DNA of 64,000 nucleotides from Macrostomum lignano (lineage: Eukaryota), in the NCBI GenBank assembly GCA_002269645.1, contig NIVC01001210.1, positions 124,001 through 188,000 of the forward strand. Reading direction: 5' to 3'. The translations under genes were made by a program, and so were the position numbers. Position 1 is the stretch's first letter. Each line of letters begins with the position of its first letter. Positions 22,628-33,596 of this stretch are shown in pieces. The notes below the pieces were generated by a model that was given only the letters and a program-made list of their open reading frames with translations, did no database searches and had not been told where the DNA came from.

Positions 22628-23818
22628 TTATTTCTTCTCCAGCTCCTGTTCCATGCGGATGAGTTCAGTGATGCCCTTGAACATCTTGCTGACGGCGTCA
22701 AACTCAGTGAGTCCCATTCTTTCCCGGTTGGAAATGTCGTACATTCCGCCCACTGCCTCCGAGTGTTCACCAGCCGAGCCGCGTACTTGCAACTGGAATT
22801 TGTCGGCCACTTTCTGCAGCGCGTCGTGTCCGCCCTTGGCCAGCAGTGGCAGCTTGATGTGCACGGACGCCCTAATCGTGGTGCCCAGGTTGGTCGGACA
22901 GAAGGTGAGGAATCCCAGCCGATCGTCGTGGCTAAACTTCATCCGTTTGGCAATCTCTTCGACGCCCTTAACTAGTCTGGCGTACACTTCTTTGATGTTG
23001 CCGCCTTTCTGCATCGAGATGATGCGCATATGGTCCTCCTCGCCGATCCAAACCAAGAAGGTCTTGTTGTCGTTATGAAAGATTCCTCGACCAGTGGGCC
23101 AGTAGCGGCAAGCATTGGCGGCTTGCAGGAAACGGTCGCCCTCTTTGAACAAGAAGTGATCGTCGATGAGTTTCTGCTGCACATCTTTGGTCATTCCTGT
23201 CAGGGGATAGTAGGTACCCTTCAGCTCGCCAGAGAGTCCTTTTAGAGTGCTGGAGACCAGATCCTCCAGTTGCTTATAATGCTCCTGGGTCATGTTGGGA
23301 TTGAACGGGAACTGCTGAACGGAGCGACCGCAGCGGATTCGCGTCGACACGACGTATTTGCCCTGGGGATCGACGTCGCCAAACTTGTTCGGATCGCCCA
23401 TGGTGCACTTGGGGTGCTTGTCGGTCTTCTTGAAGCCGCCGTGGTAGTCTTGGATGATTGGATCGAACAGATCGGCAAACACGGTGTAGGCCTCGGCGTC
23501 TGGGGCGTACACACCGACGCCAGAGTCGAGGTTTTCGATGCCTATGACGGATTGAGGGTGGCAAGCTTTCAAGCAGGCGCTTCATTTGCTCTTTAGTTAT
23601 ATTTTTCATTGAAACTTACCCGACTGGATGACGTCTTTCAGGGTAGACCCGAAGGTTTTTGTCTTCAGATTCTTTAGATTGTCAAAGACTTCTTTAGTGA
23701 GGAACTTCTTCAGCTTAGATTTACAGGTGGAGCTGCTCTGCAGCTTCTTGAAGCCATCTTCCAGATACTTGAGCACGGCGGGGTCCACTCCAGTGACAGC
23801 CAGTGGGCATTTGGACAT
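22628..23818 (-). CDS. ArgK: Arginine kinase-type phosphagen kinase, single domain, 2 exons (23818-23620, 23541-22628), 370 aa
   Basis: Motifs [31 protein letters not shown] and CPTNLGT. The phase-1 intron TCG G|gtaagt...atag|GC ATC joins the two ORFs; total 1113 nt. Confidence 0.93.
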
Positions 23819-24522
23819 GATGAGAACTCAACGAGTCAGTGCGTGTCGATTCAAAGCAGGTTCCTTAGATTGTTGCTTGTTTAAGCTGTTATCGCTTACT
23901 GCAGTGGAGTTGATTTGGGACTCGTCTATTCTCTAAAGCGGTGACTCAAGGCTGCGAGCTGCACTCCCTGGGACTGTAAGAGTCAGTCTATGGTCTAGAC
24001 GTCCGAACCCTTAGTGAGCAAGTAAGGTAACCGAATAAAAGTACATTTTATATTGAAAAATCTTTTCACTGAATTGGAAGTCGCATATTTTACAAGCATT
24101 TAGTTTCATTAGATTATAAAAAATCTTAATCGTAGTCTAGCTAGGACGACTGGTGGATTTGGACTCAAAACATTGGGAAGGATCTTCAATGTAAAAACAC
24201 TCGCCTACTTATATAGCACTAAATATGGCACGCGTAGGTAATAGTTAGTCACGATATAACACTCTTATTATTGCCTAACACTACAGCCAAGATTATTTTA
24301 AGCACGGTGATCAGCAAGATAAGTAGATTCGGCTAATCTTATAGAAGCTTACAGCCACATGTAATAGCAAAAATAATGATAAACAATAACCTGATTTGTT
24401 ATATCAAAAGCAAAGTTCCCTTATTTTTTCATTAATTTACTTTTAAATAAAAATGAAACAAGCACTTCAAACAAAAGAGAATAGCGTGCAGATTTCAGTC
24501 AAAAAATGCAGCCCAGGTCTCT

Positions 24523-27500
24523 TTAACTGCCAATTAACAAGATCGCTGTTGCCGTTGCTATGCTGACTGTCTGAAATTGTAGCAGAGGAATTCTCCTTTT
24601 AATTCACGGTAATAATGACAATAATAGTAATAGCAATAGCAATATTTGTCCGACTGCCGTGCGTGTGATGACGCAACGACTTCGGCTCACAAGCAGCGTT
24701 GAGGCGATTCCGCCAAATTCCGCCGACCCCTGAGCACATACAAGCGCACCAATACTGTACGCAGGCTCACACTGTGCTTCTAATCGTCAGGCTTGTACAC
24801 TTTCTGTGCCGTGGGTGTTGGCTTCAATTAGTAGTTTTAAAGGCTCATCCACACTGCAATCAAATGAAAGACCAAATCACACGACTCGTTAGACCATACA
24901 GAATTTCTAACTTTTTCTGTGATCACTTGAAATCTCAGCTAACTTAGAATATTTTCAAATTCAGCGACAAAAGTTAATAACGCGAGGGCCAGTTGATCAA
25001 CTAAAACGCTGTACATTGGTCGCTTGCCTCCTACACAGCACCCCAAGTTGCGCAACACACAAAATTCAACTCAAGCCACTCTATTTCAACAACTCTCCGT
25101 TTAGTCTGACTGTCGTTTTAAAATTGATTGGCCATCTCACCAGTCAGGTTGTTAACTGTTTTATTTTTTTCCATCACATGAGCCAGGGGTCGGCAACCTC
25201 CGGCCCGCAGGCCACATGCGGCCCGCAAAGCCTCTTCATCCGGCCCTCGCGGTCCTTTGAAACTGCACAATAGCAATCCGGCCCGCTCGTTGTTTATCTC
25301 TTCTCAGCGCTCTTCTCTCTTCTCTCTTCTCTCCTCTCTCCTCTCCTCTCTCTTTCCTACTCTCCCTCTCTCTTCTCTTTTCTACTCTCCTAGTTAAATT
25401 CATCTCTCCTCTCCTCTCTCCTCATTGCCCCTTTATTCTCTCGCCTCTCCCTTCTCCTATCTCCCTTCTTTCTTTTTTATTCCCTCTCATCTCCTCCTTC
25501 GTCCGGACCGCAGTCATGCTCTAGGTTCTTTATCTGGCCCTTGGGGTAAAAAAGTTTGCCGACCCCTGCTCTATCTAGGTTCTTTTTCTGGCCCTTGGGG
25601 TAAAAAAGTTTGCCGACCCTGCTCTAGGTTCTTTTTCTGGCCCTTGGGGTAAAAAAGTTTGCTTGTAATCGATTAGAGAAAAAATGGTGTGAATGGGCCT
25701 TAAAAACGTCAAAATAAAGTGATAATTACCATTAGCGCTATTAGAAGGCTTCCCAGAACCAGCACAGGGGTTACATACTGGTCAATGTAGAGCCACAAAG
25801 CGTTATAGCAGGTCTGCGGGTTCGCATAAATGTGTTTTGTCTAACTTACTGACTGTCTAAGATTTGCAGCGTACAGTTCTAGGCACTAATTTTCTTCAGA
25901 TTCAAAGGCGTCACAGAGCTAATATTTTATCTTAATCAGTAGTGTGAAACAATTCCTTCTAACAACTACTTTGATATTTAATTGTAAGTAACGTATGCAT
26001 AATAGTTAGTATAGACCAGATTTCAATTACTTTAACTTTAAATTTGAGCGTATTTAGCCAATTAGCAGAGATTTTAAAGTGGAGTAAACCACACTCTGTC
26101 TTATTACTCCCGTGCTTTTGGATCAGTTTTCTCCAAGACAGTTCACTACTCTCATATTTCTATTTCTCATCAAATCTCAAATGAGTATGGCTTAGATTTA
26201 GATGGGATTTCTAGCGTCCAACTTTGCCACACAATGCTATTGCTATATTCCATAATAACAAATGCTCCATATCATTTTCAAAAATTTTAACTAACATTTA
26301 TAAAAAACCAACTACACACCAAAGCCTATATTACTGATGCAAACAACTCCATCAACATCTCACCTGATTGTTGACGCCAAAGTTTTCCTCTTCAAATATG
26401 CAGGAAATTTCTTCCATGCTGTCGTACATTTGGCTCACATCGAACTCGTTGGCAAGCAGCTTTTTAATGCCCTCCATCTGACAGCAGGTCAGAGGCGTGC
26501 GCAACACCAGAGCGCTGTCCAGAGCCTCTGTGACCGCATTCACAGTTTCAGTAACAACTTCCTCAACAACTTCGGTGAGGCCCTCGAAAAGATCCTCATC
26601 AATTTCGAAGCCGCCAGGCAGCATGTCCGGCACAGCATAATCAGGCGGCATCGTCAGCTCCGGAGGCACGTCGTAGCGCATCCAGTCCGGCTGGGCTTGC
26701 CCGCCTCCAGCTCCGCCAGACGCACCTGAGCCGTAGTCCGAGTAATCAAATATTGTGTAGTCGTACATGTCGCTCTGTATCGCAGACCGTCTGTACCTGG
26801 CCTCAAACAACCCCTCGTACAGGTAATCGTAATCGTTGCTATTCTCGCCATTCATAGAGCTTGCGTACAGGTCCGCCCCAGCCGCCATCAGCTGCATGAG
26901 GCGTCGCTCTGAATTTTTCCAGCTGGTGCTGTTACGAGCGTCGCCTACATTGCGGATGCCGCAGCATCTGAGCTGGTGACGAACAAAATGTACAGAGGTT
27001 TAAAGGTACAATTTTATTTTAACTTCTCTAGTGCGAATTAGATCCCAACTTCTCTAGAGCCCAAGAAACAAATTTCCCAATAGGCTTTCTTTAATTTCTA
27101 CAATCCATTCAAGAAAGTCAAATATATGCTTTTGTGGGGCCAACTGCTAAAATAGAGCAAATTTGAACCAACTAATGGTACTGACACAGCTATTCATTTT
27201 ACGGCTATTGTGTGACAGACTTTCTTCACAAGAGCATGCACAGATACTGAAATCGTGAGTTGTCTTTTCAAAACTTCAATGTGTACATAGAATTCAAAGT
27301 GTGTGTAGCTGAGTGTTCTGAGTGCATAAATTCTCATGGGCGATATGGTAATTGGCTGGCTTAATATATTTTCATACTTTATTCGCCAAACTTACTCACC
27401 GAAAAATGCATGAAGTTGACGGCTAAAGTGAGCATTGCCTTGACCGTACTGTTGTTTTGTACGAGTTCAATTACTGAAACAAAGTATTTGTCTTGAAGTT

Positions 27501-28101
27501 TAAGCATTCGGTCCTTCATTTTTTCCGCGATCCGCTCCTTGAAAATACCGCAGTAGACGACAACGCCAAGAATTGCCATCAGCAGGATGCTCATCAGACC
27601 GGTGTACTGCGGTTCAATTAAGTCACTTCATGTCTAAAGTTTTGAATTCAGGCAAACAAAGCATTTTATTATTTCCTAAAGACTCACCACGTAAAGAACG
27701 AACTTCTGCAGCATGCACGCTCCCGCCAATCCTAGGGTGGACACGAGGCTCACCAGAAAGCCCAGGGCGATGAAGGCCATGCCAACTCTAGAGATTACGT
27801 CATACTTGTCGATTAAATCTCCCACATCTTTCTTGTACTTTTCGAGCATTTCCATTTCGCCGACGTCGATCAGGTTGATCATGGAGCGCAGTTTGGTCTT
27901 ATTGGCCAGAATGCCGACGCCGATGCCTCCGAGAGCCAGTCCGATCAGCAGGGACAGGCTGCATATTATAATGAGAGCGATGCGCAGCGCCAGCTTCACT
28001 GAGCAAGTACACGACTTGCAGCGTTGAGCGCAGGAGCTGCAGCATTGATTCTGTAATTTTGAGCTCAAGGAGGATTTACTGTTCGCGGCTGGCGCAGGCA
28101 T
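24523..28101 (-). CDS. Tetraspanin C, atypical with enlarged LEL; 5 exons (28101-27688, 27606-27400, 26972-26364, 25813-25730, 24570-24523), 453 aa; start codon uncertain
   Basis: Four hydrophobic segments, LRCCG, TPLTCC and TCY. All introns are phase-0 GT-AG at the same positions as in tetraspanin A; total 1362 nt. Confidence 0.87.
25184..25660. mobile_element. hAT (Charlie-like) MITE 25184-25568 with tandemly reiterated right end
   Basis: Left TIR CAGGGGTCGGCAACC and right TIR TTTGCCGACCCCTG (25568). The right-end block of about 53 bp repeats again to about 25621 and partially to about 25662. Confidence 0.8.
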
Positions 28102-28921
28102 AAGACTCAAGTTGTCTGCTGGCCTTGTTTCAGCGTCATTTAAGTTATTGGCTTCTCAGGTGCTCAGACTTAATGAAATATTGAACAGTAAGAGTTTTAA
28201 TGATGCTCCGGAATTTTTTATTGACACGGCTATAGCAAAGATGTTTTGCTGACAGACGTATTGAGTTGCTAATCGTTTGCCGAGTAGTGTCTACGGGTTA
28301 AAGCTTGTTGACTCGAAGAGTTCATAGAGGAACACGGAAGTTCTATGCAGCGATTATTGAGCCAGTTTTGTAAAGCCAACGTGGCTATGAAAACTTGGTC
28401 CCCATTTTTTAAAGTTACATCTGGGAGTTTGCTTTTGATAAGTCTGTGCAGCGTCTGGTACTGCCCAGAAAATACGATGCCTACTTTACTTCATCAGCTA
28501 AGGAACAAGTTCAAACGATCCCGTCAGGTCATTTTAGATAAGCGATACTCCATGAGCTTTGGCATCTCAGCAATTAACCTGAGAAAGTCGTCACGAGTCT
28601 TGTCATTTAGGTATATATTAGGTGAAATTATTTGATTTTTTTCAGCAAAAGCATTATTTCACTATGAGTTAATTTTTCTCAGTCTAACCAACAATAACTA
28701 AATAGCAACTCCTTAGCAAGAAGTAGAGATCAGTCTTAGAGATCAGGACTAACTACACTGCTTTTGCAGTACAGTACAATACAATACGATACAAGAAATC
28801 AAAAACGATCAATTGCAAAATAATTTTCCTTTTACAATTTCTTACAGTGTATTTCTGGAGAAAATTTGTCAGCACACAGGGTGCTGGAACTCAATAAAAA
28901 TAACAAAACATTTTAAGACCC

Positions 28922-30939
28922 TCAGGTTGAGTTCTCAAGGTTAATAATTCCAAGCGCCAGTGCCGTGCTGACTGCCTGAAATAGAAATGCTTTTTTTAGT
29001 AAAGCCTTTTAAAAGTTGCATCCTCTTTGCTGCAAAAAAACTAACATGAAAATTCACCATTAGGATGATCAGAAGGCTGCCTAGGGCCAGGACGGGAGTG
29101 ACGTATTGGTCAAGGTAGTTCCAGAGAGCGACGTAGCATGTCTGAAGGTTGTGTGAAGATTTTCAATGTCTCTGTTCTGGTAATCTAGCATCCAGTGCGG
29201 TCTGGAACTGATCCAGACAAAGCCCAACAAGGATACTTTCATGTACTAAAGACTCAATTACATTTATTCTACCTTGCCGCCGCTTCCTTCTGATATCTTA
29301 ACGATCTGTTAAATTGGAATCAAAATTGGCACAGAAGACTCACCTGATTGTTGACGCCAAAGTTTTCCTCTTCAAATATGCAGGAAATTTCTTCCATGCT
29401 GTCGTACATTTGGCTCACATCGAACTCGTTTTCAAGCAGCTTTTTGATGCTCTCCATCTGACAGCAGGTCAGTGGAGTGCGCATCACCAGTGCCTCGTCC
29501 AGGACCTCTGTGACCACTTTGACAGTTTCAGTAACAACTTCCTCAACAACTTCGGTGAGGCCCTCGAAAACATCTTCATCAATCTCGAAGCCGTCGGGCA
29601 GCATGGTGGGCACAGCATAGTTATCCGGCATCTCGAGCTCCTCAGGTACGTCGTAGCGCATCCAGTCCGGCTGGCCTTTCCCGCCTCCGCTGCCTGAATT
29701 ATCAAATATGGTGTAGTCGTACATGTCGCTCTGTATCGCGGACCGTCTGTGCCTGACCTCTGATGAGACCGCATAATCGTAGTCGCTAGTCTTAGTGCCT
29801 TGGAACAGGTCTGCGCCAGTCTCCATCAGCTGCATGATTCGTCGCTCCGACTTCAACCAGCTGGTGCTGTTACGAGCGTCGCCTACTTTGCGGATTCCAC
29901 AACATCTGAGCTGTTGATTTCGATGGAAAGAGCTTTGCATTAAATAAGAAATTGTCAGTTCGCTCCCTACTGAAATTACCCTTGATATTTAAGCTTGATT
30001 GCAAAATGTTAGCACTCACCGAAAAATGCATGAAGTTGATAGCCAAAGTCAGCATCGCCTTTTCAGTTTCTTTGTTACTCAAGAGTTCCACGATAGAGAT
30101 GAAGTATTTGTCCTGCAGTTGGTGCATCCGATCCTTCATTTTATTGGCGATCTCTTGCTTGAAAACACCGCAGTAAATGACAACACCGAGGACAGCCATG
30201 AGCAGGATGCTCATCAGACCGGTGTACTGGCGGGGTCAAAATTAAACATGATGAAATTTTCGTTCTTCATTCCGAGGCTGTTATTTTTTTCTGTAGTGAT
30301 ACTTTAAAGTCTTTTTGTTTGCGCAACGTAGCTAGATGATATGGTTTAAGTAATCTGTCACAGTCAAATCCTGTTTTCAGAATTTACTAGCAATCCAATG
30401 CCTCCTTTCGGGGCGACCAATAAGCAAGGAGCAAAAATTATCATGCAAATCCATTAAAAATACACATTTTCCTGAGAACAAATTACTTCTTCAGTTTTAA
30501 TAGATCACCTTATTCGAGTAAATCTGTTATGGACAAAGATTTTTGCTATGAATATCTTTTTTCTAGAAGTAACACTTCTTCATCACGCCTACATGTAGTA
30601 GAAAACTTATATACCTTAACTACTCACCACGTAAAGAACGAACTTCTGCAGCATGCACGCTCCCGCCAATCCTAGGGTGGACACGAGGCTCACCAGAAAG
30701 CCCAGGGCGAGGAAGGCCATGCCAACTCTAGAGATTACGTCATACTTGTCGATTAAATCTCCCACATCTTTCTTGTACTTTTCGAGCATTTCCATTTCGC
30801 CGACGTCGATCAGGTTGATCATGGAGCGCAGTTTGGTCTTATTGGCCAGAATGCCGACGCCGATGCCTCCGAGAGCCAGTCCGATCAGCAGGGACAGGCT
30901 GCATATTATAATGAGAGCGATGCGCAGCGCCAGCTTCAT
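28922..30939 (-). CDS. Tetraspanin B, atypical with enlarged LEL; 5 exons (30939-30628, 30226-30020, 29910-29344, 29141-29058, 28975-28922), 407 aa; start codon uncertain
   Basis: Paralog of C with LRCCG, TPLTCC and TCYVALW. Phase-0 GT-AG introns; total 1224 nt. Confidence 0.87.
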
Positions 30940-31261
30940 TGGGCAGGTGTCCGACTGAGGTCCTCGTTTAGCAAGCACACCCAAGTGGCTATGCGTTTGT
31001 CGTTCTCAATCCAAGCGTTTGAATTTAAACACATAATGGTTCCTCAAAAAATCAGAATTTCGCAGTGTCTTCCAGGTTTATGGTAAAACTCATGATGTTT
31101 GACGGCTATGATTTGAGCGCGATAAAAGTTGTTAAGCTGATTTCGACTTCCGGTCACACTAGCATTTTGTCTTTGGCAGTTTAGAGAAAGTTTTGTAGAT
31201 ATTAATTTATCATCTATCATCATCTTTCGCTCAAATGCGACTTAAATATAGGTAATTGTAA

Positions 31262-31543
31262 GTAGTCTAGTCGTTAGAACATCGGACTCATGACTGAAAG
31301 GTCAGGGGGTTCGATTCTCGACCCACTCGGAACAATTCGGGTCCTTAAGCAAGACACTTAACTCTACATTGCTTCAGTTCACCCAGCTGTAAAATGGGTG
31401 CCTAGCTGGAGTAATTGGGGGTGTGTGTGGCAGCCCCCCCCCCAGTCCTTGGACTGAACAGCCGTACGCAGCCTTCAGATGCGCCTGAGCTGTCGTTTGC
31501 ACATCTGCCCATTGGGGCGGCTGTAATCCATTATTATTATTAT
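31262..31543 (+). mobile_element. tRNA-derived CORE-like SINE, copy 3
   Basis: Aligns to the 13090 copy: GGTTCGATTCTCGAC, CCTTAAGCAAGACACTTAACTC...CAGCTGTAAAATGGG and an (ATT)n tail. Confidence 0.85.
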
Positions 31544-33596
31544 ATTAATGCAAACACAGTTCACATTTAAGTATATCATGTAGTGAGTTCCGTAAGTCTG
31601 TCTGGGGCAGACGTCTCTGCTCTGTGCAAAGTCGGATTCGCTTGCTGAATAGAACGGATGATGCAGTGAATGAACAAGGGACTAAATTGACAGTACTGCA
31701 GCCTGGTTGGCTCAATATCACGTATCAAACCTGTCACCTCGTAAAAAAACTCAATCAGCAGCTCTACAACACTGTTTTCATCATTTTTGCTGCTTCTTCA
31801 GTGCCTTTAGGCGCTTTCACGTGCGCAGGGGCTTTGCGTTCGGCCGTGAAAACTGCTCTGCCACAACATTTGATGCCTGCACGACGCGCCACTTGTATGT
31901 GCACTGCAGCCGCTGAATCGCACGAACAAAAGTGAAGACATTCAGGTGTGACCGGTTGAAATATCCGATTCAGCTTGTGGTGATAACCTTCCAGCATGGA
32001 CTTTGCTCCCTCGGTGTCGTACGCATTGCCTACACATTCACCCACCCTGTCAGTACACACAGCCTGTAATTCTAATTGAAATGCGACAATTTACTCACAT
32101 TTCGAAGAATTATTGACGGGACATTAAACCCTGTTGACTTGCCATTGCCAATGGTCATCGTCGGTTGGCAATAATTTGCGTTAAAAATTTCTGCCCATTG
32201 AGAGCAAATAAATGCTCAAACATTGATGCTTATTAAGACTTTTTAGCAAAAATATATTTACAAATAATAACCAAAGTCAGTAGAGGCAAAAACCTTAATT
32301 TGGACAGTTTTTGTTGAGTGCATGATAACTTATTTTGTTTACACGCAGATAATCGGGTGTATTTTTCACTTCTTGACGGAAAAAATAGCCTGATTCAATA
32401 AAAAAACAACTTGGGCTCGACAAAAAATCCAAGAAAGCGTAATTGTAAGTACTGGATTGAATCAGTGCGCCGGAGACACCAGGAATGTAAAAAAATTGCA
32501 GCCTTGATCGCTGCCACTAGCTATATAATAAAATATGCTGCGAAGATGTGAATAAATAGTAAATACAACTTGAACGCTATAGAAATTCTGTCACATTGAA
32601 GTGATAAAGTATATGATATATATGCTTAATTACAGCTTGTGCTGGCCGGTACAATAAGGGAGATTAAATATAAATATATGGTTATATATCTATGCAATTG
32701 TTATTAGTTTATAAACTTTCCTGTTTACGGTTTTGCAGTTTGCATTTTTATAATTTCGAAAAAAAACTTTCAGGCGGTTAATTTAAAACAATAACCGAAA
32801 AAATTGAAGCGAGATTTTATTAAAATTAAAAAATTAATATTAAAAAATTAAAAAATACACTTCACTTAAATGAGCTTAATGTACCACAGTAACTATGCAT
32901 GCATATTGGTGTCGATAAATACTCTGATGGGAGAAAATAAGCATCGAATGCGACCATTGCAGGGCCAGAAAAGCACAAAACCTAATTAATGACGTAGAGA
33001 TACACGCCTGCAAAAAGGTTATGATTATGATTATAACAGAATCGGTTTATCTGTGTCACTGCACAAAGACGGCGATCAAATTAACTGTTTCAACAAATTG
33101 AAAAACTAGGTTTTAATGATTTTGTTCCGGAAATGATAATAAAACATTACATCATAATTAAAACAAAGAAGATTCATGATCATCTACTCAAAGAATAGCT
33201 TTTGATTACTATCTTTTTACAATCCTGGCTTATCCCGTAGCTATTTAGAGGTAAAAATACGGCATATCCTTGATTCGGCTTGCCAAAGGGTGGGTCTTAA
33301 ACTTTGAATCGTTTTGAAGGCATAAAAGTTTTAAAGGTTCTGGGTATTCATGTGACGCACATTATTTAGAGAAATAATTGCCTAGAAAAAATTCTACATT
33401 TATCCACTTAAGTTCACGAAAGGATCGGAATTTATTAATAGAAAAAAAAGCAATAACAACATTATTGCCCTTTGTAATACACTTAATTAAAATATACTCG
33501 CTGTGATAGAAAATCGATTGACTCAAGCGCATCTCTTCGTCCCCGATCTTAATATCCTGATTGCTCAAATGAGTTCGTGAGCTGGTTTTGGTCGCC

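Noticed and set aside
28330-28640. Minus-strand peptide GIVFSGQYQTLHRLI...IATLALQNWL, faintly like a Harbinger transposase C-terminus
   Set aside because: It has multiple stops, no DDE motif and no termini; the similarity is too weak to call without an HMM search.
29273-29305. Possible 33-nt extra exon (IVKISEGSGGK) in tetraspanin B intron 3
   Set aside because: It would need a 38-nt upstream intron and has no counterpart in paralogs A or C.
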